Shown one piece after another: positions 1 through 12,594 of a stretch of 64,000 nt of DNA (positions within the stretch are counted from its first letter, which is position 1; the number at the start of each line of letters is the position of its first letter). The stretch is from the NCBI RefSeq assembly GCF_006345805.1, contig NC_043003.1:1364001-1428000 (forward strand), written 5' to 3'. This DNA comes from Octopus sinensis. Taxonomy: Eukaryota. The notes under the pieces were generated by a model. It was given only the letters and a program-made list of their open reading frames with translations. It had not been told where the DNA came from and did not search any database. A program made the translations under genes and the position numbers.

Positions 1-182
1 CTTAACCGCACAGTCTGCTTTGAAACCTACAGCCATTTCTGCCTCGTGCTTTACATTCATATTTGTACCCGTAATTATTGGGGCAATTAGTGTAGTTATT
101 ATTAATTTGGAAAAGAAGCCCTGTCGCATTTCAAGATGGTCAAGAAACAAATATTTCTTAGGTCTTAATTGAATGATTTCGC

Positions 183-300
183 TTGGATTGGATTGGACTG
201 TCCATGTTTAGCCTACTTCAGGACGAAGGCCTCGGCATGTTCCCTCCACCAACCACGGTCTGATGTGGAGACCGTGAATCTGAGCTTCATACCATACTGG
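183..300 (-). mobile_element. Degraded 3' end of an RTE-like LINE
   Basis: Minus strand reads DRGWWREHAEAFVLK* followed by a short (CCAAT)n tail, resembling RTE C-termini; recognised by eye only. Confidence 0.35.
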
Positions 301-373
301 CTTGATGCTCCTTCTCTGTCACACTGACTTGACATAGCTTGGCAGAGAGATGCAGTTTTTATACTCATAACCT

Positions 374-769
374 GGAGTAGCTAAGTCGATTACATCGACC
401 CCAGCGTTCATCTGGTACTTATTTTATCGAAACCCAAAAGGATGAAATGCAAAGTTGACCTCGTAAAGACGGACGAAATACCGCTGAGCACTTCATCCGG
501 CGTGCTTACGACTCTGCCAGCTCGTTGCCTTGAATGAGTTAATCAAGATAATATTTACCCTCGTTATTCTTTTCTTTTTTACTTTAGGCACAAGGCCCGA
601 AATTTGGAGGGAGGGGGTCAGTCGATTAGATCGATCCCAGTACGCAACTGGTACTTAATTTATCGACCCCGAAAGGATGAAAGGCAAAGTCAACCTCGGC
701 GGAATTTGAACTCAGAACGTAACGCCAGATGAAATACCGCTAAGCTAACGTTTCTGCCAGCTCGCCGCC
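374..769 (-). mobile_element. Two adjacent tRNA-derived SINEs (family A)
   Basis: Copies at about 374-530 and 576-769. Sense strand: GGCGGCGAGCTGGCAGAAACGTTAGC head, B-box-like GAGTTCAAATTCC, and body GAGGTCGACTTTGCCTTTCATCCTTTCGGGGTCGATAAA shared with many other copies in the window. Confidence 0.85.
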
Positions 770-1222
770 CTAATTTACCCTCATTATTAATAACATAATC
801 TCATCTATTTGACAAATTGCTGATCCCTTAGGCGTAAATTTCTTCAGACTGCGAAGTATAGAAACTCAGTATCATCTTTAATCCCTTCACAATTAGTAAA
901 CTGTTTTCCCTGTGAATGATTTTGCAATGATCTGAAAAGACTGATGGATCAAGGCCGGGAGAGTGGAGAGACTGAGACAAAACTTCCATATTTAGTCCCT
1001 AATCTGTTCCTGAGTAACTTTAGCAATATGTAGTCTTTACATTATCGTGTAAGACAAGACCCCTTTCCAATTGACAACTGATGGCTGCTTTTGTGCAATG
1101 CTACCAATTGATGGCATTTGAAACCAATATATAAAGACGGCGTCATCTGATGTATGTTTATTACGCAAATCTGTAAAGGTCAAAATATGCAAGATTGCCA
1201 GCATTTAGTAAGTCTACACTTA

Positions 1223-1270
1223 CTCCTCTTCTAGAGTCTCCTCTTCTAGAGTCTCCTCTTCTAGAGTCTC
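1223..1270. repeat. 15-bp tandem repeat (CTCCTCTTCTAGAGT)x3.2
   Basis: Three exact copies read directly. Confidence 0.9.
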
Positions 1271-1967
1271 TGCTCATTTACAAAACAAAAACAAAACTTA
1301 TTTAGAAGACGATTTCGGAATTTTTTTTTTTTTAAAGACAACTCACCATAACTTTTGCCAAAGATTTACAAATTCTTCGATATCAGCATTTATTTGTGAA
1401 TGTTCAGGGACTTTGTTTTGGTTCTTTGTTCTTATCACCATTATTTTTTCGGTTAGTAAAGAATATATTGCCATTCCGAAGCTATACAAATATCATTGCC
1501 GAATACAATTTACGCATTGACAATCAATTAAAAAACTCATAATTAGTTTAAAACTAATTAATTCAGTCATTAATAGATTAATTTTCCAATAAAAATAATT
1601 GAGTTATTTCTGAAGAATTTTATTTCCATTTTCGAACTAGGAATCCTTTTATTGTTTATTACGACATTAGTCTGATCAAATAGTTTGGTTATTTTGGAAG
1701 TATTTATCTCTGTACTGTTGAAATTAATTACCGCAACATAATAGCCCCTGTACACGCTAATGACCGCTGTTATTGCGTTGACATGTTACATATAATACAG
1801 AGGTAAGTTGCTGAGGTAACGTCTATGTGGGCGTTAAGCCTGCAAGAAATAGCAGCCAAATCTCCATCAAAACACATTTTATGCAATGTCTTAAGCGAAA
1901 GAGTCATAGGTGTATAGGATTTTATTAATAAAGACTTTATTATAAAACTATTAAAATCTTATCCGTA

Positions 1968-2430
1968 GGAGCAGGTATGGCCGTGTGCTGAAGAAGTTCG
2001 CTTTGCAACCACGTACTTTCGGTTTCAATCTAACGGTGCAGCACCTTAGGCAAGTGTCTTCAACTATAACCCCAGGCACACCACGGCTTTGTGAGTATTT
2101 GGTAGATGAAAACTGTGTAGAACCCCGTCATATATATATATCTTTTACCTGTTTCAGTTATGAGATTGAGGCCATGTATGTGTATGCGTGTGCATGTGTG
2201 CGTGTGTCTATTTGTATCTCTGTGTGTGTCCTTCTAATCACCTGACAAGTGGTTTGGTTTCGTACCCGTAACCTAGTGGTTCGACAATAGAGAACGACAG
2301 ACTAAGTAAAGTTTCAGGCTTCAAAAATACAATAATTACTGCAGGATCGATTTATTCGACTGAAAAACAAGCTTTCGAGGCGGTACTCCAGCATGGCCGT
2401 AGTCCAATGACTGCAAAATAGTCAAAGATA
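1968..2430 (+). mobile_element. tRNA-derived SINE (family B): head, central microsatellite, body
   Basis: Head GGAGCAGGTATGGCCGTGTG...CACCTTAGGCAAGTGTCTTC; body ending GGCGGTACTCCAGCATGGCCGTAGTCCAATGACTG. Same layout at 20140-20510, 38340-38710, 41030-41335, 42055-43040, 58446-58765 and 63420-63790. Confidence 0.8.
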
Positions 2431-2801
2431 AAAGACAAGATTATATTTCGGAAACAAATGAAAAGAAAATTCCGTGAGAATATTTAAATAGCGAAACCTG
2501 CTACCATGGTAGATTTAATCCAAGTTTCATTTAATGTCTCTAAATATTAGTCGGCTGGTGTGTGTTACAGAATGCTGCCATCTTTATTTTAAGAAGATTC
2601 AGTTAAGAAGGAATATTATAAGAATGACAAATCCAAATTCCATTTATTATTGGAAGCGGAGAAATATGGTAAAAAAAAACAAAAAAAAACTATAAAATTT
2701 AATACTTCACTTGTATCATCTTTGCAAATATTACAAAATACTTACTCTTTTCCCACTGGATTAGAAAAGGAATATTCAGACGTGCGCGCGCACACACACA
2801 A

Positions 2802-2853
<52 letters not shown>

Positions 2854-2854
2854 T

Positions 2855-2885
<31 letters not shown>

Positions 2886-3072
2886 TAATAATATAAGGGT
2901 AAATAATTACTAACCGAAGACTTTGTTTTCGTTATTTTTCCTTTTGTTTTACATATGTGAGTTACATGTATATGTTGTATGTGGAGTTGTACTTGTAGAA
3001 AATAGAAATAAGCGGTCTTTGACTGCTATTTCTAATTTTTCGGTATGTGGCTAAGCAACCTGTTACTTGCCC

Positions 3073-3110
<38 letters not shown>

Positions 3111-3142
3111 ATAGATAGATAGATAGATAGATGGATAGATAT

Positions 3143-3177
<35 letters not shown>

Positions 3178-3520
3178 CATACATACATACATACATACAT
3201 AATACATACATACATACATACATACATACATACATACATACATACATACATACATACATACATAGAAAGGAGTGAATACATGTTGCTGCATCCAAAAATT
3301 CAATGCAAACGGTAACATCTAATCGCAACTGAAACTCCGCCATTACGTCTGTGCGTTTCCCTTTTCTGCTCATCAGGAGGTCGTCGATTCAGCTGCAGAA
3401 AGTCATAATCATCTTAGTAATACATCGGTTTTACAAAATATTCTGTGTGTATTATACATACACGCATATGCACATACACAAACACACACAGATATACAAG
3501 TGAATATATATATATATATA

Positions 3521-4237
3521 CCGTATTTGACGGCATATTAGACGCACCGGCATATTAGACGCACCCTCATTTCAGCAGGTCAAATTCAGGAAAAAAAGTT
3601 TCAAGTGTATTTAAGCATATATTGTTGAAAGCAGTCTAGCAGCTCATTACAAAAGCAGAAAACATTGCTGTATAAAAGCAAGCATACAAAAGGAAAGCAT
3701 ACAAATTGCAATAGCCGTGAGGGTGTTGCCATAACCGTGAGGGTGCTTGTACTGTTGTAGTGTGTTTTGTTATGATCATAAACTTTGTTGTACCAAGATA
3801 TCCAACCTACCTCCGTATATACACGAACTCGCAACGATCATGTAGTTTTACTCCCCACCGTTAGATGGCATCGGGTTAGGGTTCCGATCAGCTGATATTA
3901 GTAAACGTGTGTCATGGATCGCAGCCTAACAATTTACGGTAGATTGCTTGATTTTTACGATAATTCGTATTTTAAAGTAATAATACTGGTAGTAATAATA
4001 ATAATAATAATAATACTAGCAATAAAATAATACTAGCAATAAAATAATGATGCATGAGTACGGAAAATATCATTAAGGCGTTAGCGTAGGTAGAAATACT
4101 TATCGTAAGCTAGGTTAGTGAGCGTCTGGGAGAAGATTAGCCTACGGGAGGGTCTTGACTTCGTATATTAGACGCAGGGCGATTTTTTGAGCCAAATTTT
4201 TTGGAAAAAAGTGCGCCCTATATGCCGTCAAATACGA
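3521..4237. mobile_element. Non-autonomous pogo/Tc2-like DNA transposon (MITE)
   Basis: TA|CCGTATTTGACGGCATATTAGACGCAC at left and GTGCGCCCTATATGCCGTCAAATACGA|TA at right form about 28-bp imperfect TIRs with TA flanks; subterminal ATATTAGACGCA occurs three times; no transposase ORF. Confidence 0.8.
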
Positions 4238-4240
4238 TAT

Positions 4241-4357
<117 letters not shown>

Positions 4358-4567
4358 CATACTAGGAGAAGGAAAGAAACGAAACGAAGCGACGCGAGGG
4401 CGCTCAGTCATACAATAATGTAATAAATAAAATATATGCATTATATATATTTATATATGCATGTATATATACATGTACTTTGATACTTTGATACTTTGAT
4501 AGGTTTCGGCCATTATTGGCCCAGGCCATGTTTAACTTAATAGCACCACCTGGTGAAGTCTTTCAAG

Positions 4568-7500
4568 TCAGAATTTGGGCACTATGGCCCACTCAAGTAG
4601 AGAGTTATTGTTTACAGAGACATATCCGGGTGTAGGGGGTTTATCCGGGATTTCTTGAAGGAATCTGTCCAAAGACTTCTTGAACCCTATAGGGTCAGTT
4701 TCTGTTTTAATGTGTTTTGGTGTAATGTTAAAGAGAGCGGGGCCAATTGAGGTGAAATAATTGTGCCGTATTGTTGTTATGAGATGAGAGTGCGATTTTT
4801 GTTTTGGGCGGATGGCACGGGGCTGGATGTACCTTAAAGGTGATGCCAACATCATTTGGGCAATGCTGATGGAATATTTTCCACATCATGCAGATGATGT
4901 AGCGCTCACGACGACGTTGGAGAGAATAGAGTTTTAGCTTTTCTAGTCGACCCCAATAGTCGAGGCCTGTCATGCCATCTATCTTTTTTGTGATTGCCCT
5001 TTGAGGTGCTTCAACTTTTACGATACCTTGTATTGTGTGGGGAGACCACAGTGGACAACAGTATTCAAGGTGGGGTCGGGCAAAAGTGGAGAAGAGAAGG
5101 ATAATGGTGTGGATATCTCTCGACTGGAAAGTTCTGAGAATCCAGGAACACATTCTGCGGGCCATGTCAACTTTGGTGTTTATATGAGTGGCCCAGCTTA
5201 CGTTGTTGTCCACAATTACTCCCAAGTCTCTGATGTTGTTGGACGCCGCGAGAGTTTCACCTGAAGGAAGGGAGTATGGGAGTTTCAGGGCATCCTCTTT
5301 TCCAAAGTGGATTAGCTCAAATTTATCCTCGTTCAGCAGCATATTGTTTTTTTCTGCCCATTGGATAACAGCCAGTAGATCTGACTGAAGGCATGTCCGG
5401 TCACTCGCCTCATTTATGACCTTCTGTAGCTTGGAGTCATCTGCAAAGATTTTTATGTTGCTGTGCTTGATGATGTCATTAATGTCATTAATGTAAATGA
5501 TGAAAAGAAGTGGGCCCAGCACAGTGCCTTGCGGAACGCCACTACTGACTTTGGCTGGGCTTGATTTTACCCCTTCAACTACAACATGTTGAGATCTGTC
5601 TGTCAGGAAACACTTAATCCATTTCAGTAACTTTCCAGAGACACCAATGTTGGATAGTTTTTTCAATAGGATCTTGTGATCGACCCTGTCGAAGGCCTTA
5701 CTGAAATCAAGGTAGATGACATCGGTGTTGGAGCCCTCTCCCAAAGCTCTCAAAATGTCCTCAAAGTGATGCAGGAGCTGCGTTAGGCAGTCCCTTCCAT
5801 TACGGAACCCATGTTGGTTGGAGATCAGCCGTCTGTTGCTTTCCAGAAATTGGGTTATTCGAGATCTCACCACCCTCTCAAATACCTTGATGATATGAGA
5901 GGTGAGTGAGATCGGACGGTAATTCACTGCAAGGGACTTGTTTCCCTTTTTGAAAACTGGGACAACAGACTGGGACAGAAGGTTTTTTGGAATATAGCCA
6001 GCATCCAGTGAGTTTCTCCATAGATTAGCAAGGGGAGATGCAAGTTGGTGTCGACACACCTTCAGGACACAAGCAGGGAACCTATCGGGGCCTACTGCTG
6101 AATTGTGTTTTATTTCGTTTATCGCCGCTAAGACATCAGGGGCACTAAACGTTATGTCCGATATAGTGTGTTGGGGGTTGACATCACTGATACAGCCCAG
6201 ATCGGCCATATCAGGATTGCTGAAAACAGAGCAGTATTGTTTCTGCAGTATCTCGGCCATGGATTTGGCATTATCTTGGAGAGTGCCAGTTTCGTCAATT
6301 AGAGGGCCTACAGTGGAGACAGTGACCCTGCGTTTCCTCGCAAATGAAAAGAACACTTTGGGGTTGAGTTTGATTTTTTCAATGGCCCACTTCTCCTCAG
6401 CTGATCTTTGGTTATTGATGAGGGTCTTCATGCATTGTTGGAGGTTATATTTTTTGGATTCAAGCAGTGCGATAGCCGTCGAATGTGTGTGTTGCTGTTG
6501 GCAGTACTTTAGTTTGTTAATTTTTTTGTTTGTTCTTTTTATTTTTCTGATAATGGTTTTTCTGTTTTGGGGGATTCTGCACTTTTTGTTCACAGGTCTT
6601 GGTGGGGAGTGTTTTGCACATATGTCTGTGACGGTGTCTACAAAGATCTGCCAAGATGTTTTATGGTTGGTGGAGATGTGTGTATGTGTAAAGGACCAGT
6701 CAACATTTGATAGCTCGTTCCTGATTGCATCCCAGTTGGCTTTATGGAGATCCATGTTGTCAAATGGGTGGGCTGGAGGAAGGTCACTAGGATTAGCTTT
6801 CGGCTGGTGGAATTTCATGTTACAGAGAACCATGTCATGGTCTGAAAGAAGGGTTTTTTCCACTGTAACGTTATGTATAGTGTTAGTGTGGTTACTAAAC
6901 ACTAGGTCCAAAATGTTCTGATGTCTTGTTGGTGCAAGGACAAGTTGGGACAAGAAAAACTCATTCGTAAAGTCGAAAAGTGACTCTGCTGCTTCTTTGT
7001 CAGCGGTTGAGGCGGGAGTGCTTGGTTTCAAACAGTTTGTAGTCCAGTCAACACAGGGTAGATTGAAGTCTCCCATCATGAGTATGTTGCTAGAATGGCA
7101 CTGTTGAATAAAGCACTTAATGCTGTTGAGGCATTCTTTAAAGCACAGTATGGGTGTTTGGGGCGGCCTATAGAGCCCAATTACTGTCAGGTCATTGGCT
7201 TTGTTGTGCACGGTGACTGATTCACAGTAGCCGTTGGAGAATATACTATTTCCATCTGCCGTAAATGAATCATGCAGGAAAATGGCAGTTCCACCCTTCC
7301 TCCTGCCGATACGATCCGCGCGGATGGTTGTGAAATCTTCACTCTCACTTCGGCTTCCAAGTGGGAGTTGTCAAGGTGGGTCTCAGTGAGAATGAAGAAA
7401 GGGATGTGGTGTGAATGGTTACCAACCCAGTCTTCAATGAATTGGACCTTCCATTTTTGTGCATTGATGGAAGGGCTGACACCTTGTGCATTGAGTAGGA

Positions 7501-7594
7501 ATGTGGAGGTTAGTGTAGTGGCTGGTTTTGACTGTTGCAGGGGGCTTGGATTTTTTGTGTGTGTTAGTGGCAGCAATGTGGGGAATTGGTGCAC
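4568..7594 (-). pseudogene. LINE ORF2 (APE endonuclease + reverse transcriptase), two frameshifts
   Basis: APE motifs FLLNAQG, ILTETHL, GLYRPP, MGDFNLP, LSDHDMV; RT motifs YRPISLTS, QHGFR, YLDFSKAFDRVDH, GVPQGTVLGPLLF, FADD. Split across ORFs 7187-7594, 4728-7211 and 4568-4855, with shifts near 7335 and 4850. Confidence 0.95.
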
Positions 7595-8461
7595 TGGGGT
7601 AATAGCATAGGATGGTGTTGAGTGATGGCTAGAATGTTTTTGTGTATCTCTTTTGCCATGTTCAACATGGCTAAAAAAGAATTTTCCTGCTTAGGGAGCA
7701 GTTTTTGGCTGGAGGTGTGGTTGCACTGTTGGATAGGGTTGTAGTTTCCACTTTTGTTGTTGTTGTTTTTGTGTCTTCCTGAAAAGACTGGACCAGCATT
7801 ACTGCAGCATGGTGTGTTTCTATTTTTATTGTTATTCAGGTTTGTGTGTTGGCTTGAGGCCCCGTTTCTGTTTGTGCGTCGGGTCCCTGGAAGATGAGTG
7901 AAGGGACAGTCACTCAGTAGACATGTTCTCTTACGTTGGGAATACCGGCAGATTTTGGGACTCCGAGTTGTGTGTGTTTTGAATTTCGATTTACTATTTG
8001 GTGGTGTTGATGTTATTGTGGGATGCGTGCTTTGGCCTTGGCCGGTAGTGCGTCTAGTGCCGGGTAGATGCGTGAAGATGCAGTCACTATTTGTGCAGAG
8101 TCTCTGGCGCAGTGAATAGCGGCATATTTGGGGATTTCTTGTTTGTGCCGTGGGGGGCGCATTCTGCTTCCTATGTTTCTTTAAGTTTTTGTTACTGCAG
8201 TAGTATTGAGGTGGTGATGTGGGGGAAGAGGGCAGTGGTTTCTTATTTGGTTTTCTGTTGGTATTTTTGGTGATAGAAGACGATGGTGGCAGCGGTGGTG
8301 ATGATGATGATGATAATTGTGGTGGTTGCTGAGAGCGGCGAAAAGATACTGGCATTTAGTGAATCATCTAGTAAGCTAGAGTTGAGGAGTGGCTGTTGTT
8401 GTTCTTGTTGCTGTGGCTGTTGTTGTTGTTGTTGTGCTTGACCGATGTTAGGGTCAGCCAT
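7564..8461 (-). pseudogene. LINE ORF1 with polyQ N-terminus and two CCCH zinc fingers
   Basis: ATG at 8461 gives MADPNIGQAQQQQQQ; probable frameshift in the (GAT/GGT)n tract near 8300; then CRYSLRQRLCTNSDCIFTH and CRYSQRKRTCLLSDCPFTH. Confidence 0.7.
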
Positions 8462-8551
8462 TGTGCTGGGAACCATGTAGATGCAGGTACGTACATATAT
8501 GTTGGTATGTATGCATATATTTTATTTATTACATTATATATATATATATAC

Positions 8552-8587
<36 letters not shown>

Positions 8588-8743
8588 ATGTATGTATGTA
8601 TGTATGTGTGTATGTATATATGTATACCATACTCTTTTGCTAGTTTCAGCTCGAGGGCCATACCCATACTGGGGCACCGCTAATATAATAAGATACTATG
8701 GTGTATTTATATATAAGTGTGTGTGTGTATGTGTGCGCGCGTA

Positions 8744-8788
<45 letters not shown>

Positions 8789-8794
8789 CATTAA

Positions 8795-8978
8795 TTAGAG
8801 TGCGGTCATGCTGGGGCAATGCCTTAAAGGCTTCAATCGAATAAATCAACCTCAGTAATTCCTTTTTAAGTCTAGTACTTTTCTTTTGGTTTCTTTTGCC
8901 GAGGCATTAAGATATTGGTGTGTAAACAAACCAGCACCGGTTGACAAGCAGTGGTGCAGAACAAACACAAGCACACAC

Positions 8979-9029
<51 letters not shown>

Positions 9030-9590
9030 CATTCAAAGTTACCCCAACAGCAGAACGGGACGCCACTGCATGGTGCCAAAGATCCCAACATCACCATCAA
9101 AATACAGGACCAGATACTGCAACAGCTTGGATTTCAGGAGACCACAGCTCTTCAATATCCTTCCTAAATGCCTAAGAGACCTGCATGGTGTGGATGTGGG
9201 TTTCTTTAAAACTAAACTGGATCTCTTCTTGTCGAGGGTCTCAGATGAACCTACCTATCGGCAGGAAACACAGATGCGGGCAGCAGCGTCGAACTCCCTT
9301 GTTGATCAAGTGCCACGTATCAGGTGGTTTCACATACTAGTGTAGCTCATTCAACGGTGGTGACCCAGCATGGCCGCAGCCTTTGGGCTGAAACATTTTT
9401 AAAGATTTAAGGATATATATATATATAAGATAGGCTTCTCTCAGTTTCCGTCTACCAAATCTACTCACGAGGTTTTAGTCCTCTCATGGCTACTGTAGGA
9501 GACATTTGCCCAAGGTGCCATGGCAATGGGGCTGTACTCGAAACCATGTGGTTGGGAAACAAACTTCTTATGACACAGTGTGTTTGAATT
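8795..9590 (-). mobile_element. SINE family B copy split by the LINE fragment
   Basis: Head at about 9590-9425, body at about 8975-8795; (CA)n/(TA)n on both sides of the inserted LINE piece. Confidence 0.7.
9032..9413 (+). mobile_element. 3' fragment of a second CR1/L2-group LINE family
   Basis: Encodes RPQLFNILPKCLRDLHGVDVGFFKTKLDLFLSRVSDEPT...NSLVDQ, homologous to the C-terminus of the 4.5-8.5 kb LINE; ends in a stem-loop and TTTAAAGATTTAAGGA tail. Confidence 0.85.
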
Positions 9591-9610
9591 GCGTATACAC
9601 ACATCCACAA

Positions 9611-9668
<58 letters not shown>

Positions 9669-10469
9669 GCAACGGAAGCACTAATGCAGAGATATGCACT
9701 TCTTTAACATAACAAGCAGTAAATATGATGCAATTTAAAAGTATATTATTGCTCGCTGCACCCAGATAATCGTTTCAGCAGGAAATTGGAAGCAAAGGTC
9801 AAATATTTTGTGTTGTTCTAATGTTTTTGATGTCGTTCCATGGGAACAAATCTTTAAGTTTAAAATACGAACCATTAATTCCCGACCATTAATTCCTCGA
9901 TGGAATAATAATTCTCTGTTTTATTCTGTTTAATAGAATACACTTGATAAGTGTTTGTGTAGAATTAGAGCCATCTAAATTTATATGCGTTGGTAAAAAG
10001 TGCAATGCATAAGATACGAGTACAACGTCCATTTTCCGGAAGCTTTTCTCTCGAAGCCCTTCTAGATTACTGATATTTCTGCACCATGGGTGGTCACCTC
10101 TAAATTAAACAAATATTAAATTTACTTAAATAATCAAATGGAAAACAAGTTCATTTACGTTAGTATAAACGATACAAGTTTATTAAAACTGTACAGTTGC
10201 AATTGGGAATTTGAAGTTCCTGATTGTAAATTTATGAAGATTATAAGGGATTCCAGACCACCAGTGTCCGGAACGGCGGTGTTGTACCTGTATTGAATTG
10301 TTAAATTCACACTCGTTTCGTTCTTGGGTCTAAGGTCAATAACACGCTAGTTCAACGAATACGAAGAATCTATTTTTGCCTGCTTCATTTCGAAGTTGTT
10401 GTAGCAGCAGCGTTATGTAGCTAATCTTAGTTATTCAGGGCGCAGACCTAGACTAGAAATGAAGTCTTG

Positions 10470-10930
10470 AAAGGAAGTTGACCAAGCTGGAAGTGCTTAT
10501 GGAATTATGTCCAACACCTTCTATTCACATGAAAAAAAAAGAATCTAGCTATCAGTCGAGTCTGTTGCTAAGATACCACGCTTCCTTCTTTTGACCGTGA
10601 AGAGCAGGCAATTTTCCTCTGTCTGGTGTTTATGGTAAAAGGACAAGATTGAAATGACCAGGAACAGAAATTTTCTTCTTTGAGCCGGACCTTATCAGCT
10701 CCAAGTTCCACTTGAAGTGGACAGTGAGAGCAGGAAAGGATGTGCTACTCTTCGGTAAAATCGTCAAAACGTAATCGAAGCTAACAAGGACACACAGACT
10801 GGTCAGCTTCGAAAGACTTATGGGTCGGGGACTATCATGGATAACTCCCAGAAATCCCCTGCGAGGCAGTACTGCCAGTTCGAAATAGACTCCACAGAAA
10901 CAGAAGTGCAGCTAGACAGGAACTGCTCGA
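10470..10930 (+). mobile_element. Highly degraded RTE-like LINE 3' region
   Basis: Broken frames give VDQAGSAYGIMSNT, TVKSRQ, KDKIEMT, LKWT, LLFGKI, matching the order of motifs in RTE ORF2 C-termini. Confidence 0.35.
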
Positions 10931-11171
10931 GATGTGCTCAGAGCGACGAAGCTGCACTGTATACATCTGTGCAGTATCCGAGTTATGTCGGACAACTGCT
11001 GCCGCGTGTGGGATAGATCTAGCTTCCCATCCTACACCCGGACGTGTGGTAATGACAAAAAAAAAAAGGACGAGGTTTAAAGGATTAAGGACAGATACTT
11101 CCCTCTCCGTGAAGCCCTTATCGGCTATAATAAAAGCTCCTGTAATAAATCACCATCATCATCATCATTAA

Positions 11172-11223
<52 letters not shown>

Positions 11224-11242
11224 GTCGTTGTTGTTGTTGTTA

Positions 11243-11430
11243 TTCAGCAGTCTTATTTTTTATTTATCTGTTTGTTTATTGTATCCTTCCACTGTACTAT
11301 TACGCATAGTTCTGTGTGCCTCGGGGGTGTGCTGTGATTTTGTTTTGGTGCCGTTATCTTTACGACATGATCTGCACCGGATGTGTGCAGTTTCTAGCAG
11401 TGCTATTTTCTGTATCTTACGTGTTCGTGA
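11243..11430 (-). mobile_element. R4/Dong-like retrotransposon 3' end (copy 1)
   Basis: KIQKIALLETAHI; 3' UTR similar to that of the 14469-14912 copy; abuts (ATT)n/(GTT)n. Confidence 0.6.
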
Positions 11431-11477
11431 GTTTTGGTTTTCTATTTGTCTCTTATTATTATCATTAGCCGCGAGCT

Positions 11478-11860
11478 AAAGGCGGCGAGCTGACGGGATC
11501 GTTAGCACACCGGACGAAATGCACAGCGGTATTTCGCCCGTCTTTACGTTCTGAGTTCAAATTCTGCCTTTCATTCTTTCAGGGTCGATGAAATAAGTAC
11601 CAGTTACGCACTGGGGTCGATGTAATCGACTTAATCCCCTCCCCCAAGCTGCCCTTGTGGCAAAAATTTGAAATCATTATTAGTCGCGAGCTAGGTGAAT
11701 CGTTTGCATGTCAGACAAAATGCTTACGAGTATTTCGTTCGTCTTTACGTTCTGAGTTCAAATTCCGCCGAGGCCGACTTTACCTTTTATCTTTTCAGGG
11801 TCGAACACTGTGGTTGATGTAATCAATTTGTAATCCTTCCTTGGACCGAAATCTGAAAGC
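11478..11860 (+). mobile_element. Two tandem SINE family A copies
   Basis: Two heads with TTCTGAGTTCAAATT B-box and family A bodies. Confidence 0.8.
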
Positions 11861-12594
11861 ATTATTACTGTGATGGATTGGAAGAACCAAAAATGCCTCG
11901 AGAAAAATATATTTTCTTTGTGGCATTTGTTCCGGCTGTTCTGAGTTCAAATCCCGCCGAGGTCAACTTTGCCTTTCCTTCTTTGAACTACCACCACCAC
12001 CACAACCACCACCACTACTACTATTTCTACTACTGCTAACTAACCTAGCTGTGAGGGTGTGAGAAGGGCAGTCCGCGCTTGGATGACGTTTTAGAGGGGC
12101 GGCGGCTTTAATGAGTATTATATTGTTTCTCGGGTGGCAAATACGAACTCAAGGACTACTCCGGACGGCACAACTTCGCAACCACCACCATCACCACCAC
12201 TACTACTACTGCTGCTGCTGCTGTTGTACTACTACAACTACTACAAACAGCAAAAGTAACTGTAGTAGTAGTGTGTGAGTAATTTCGTTTTGTATCACTT
12301 TCTCATTCTCAGAAATCCTGTTGATATAATTTCTGGTTTTGGTCGAGAGTCTGCACTTTTTGTTCGTATCCTGGTTCCTTGTAAATGTCAACAACCAATT
12401 TACAAGTACCAAATATTGCGTAACATTAATGTAATATGGTGGTGCTTATGCCTCGGCTGTTATGGGAAGCATTGATTGAAAAACAAAAGTTGACGCGACC
12501 TAATTTTAAAGAGCAACTTGGTTACTTTTTAGTCAAGATAATACATATGGGAGCAGCCGGCCAACCCGCCGAAGAGTCAGCTTTTCCCACATGC

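Larger units (their letters stand above)
4477..8487 (-). mobile_element. Near full-length CR1/L2-group LINE
   Basis: ORF1, APE endonuclease and RT in order; 3' stem-loop and (ATCAAAGT)x3 tail at 4477-4500. Confidence 0.95.

Noticed and set aside
1570-1755. 61-aa ORF and nearby broken frames with faint transposase-like words
   Set aside because: No motif convincing enough to assign.
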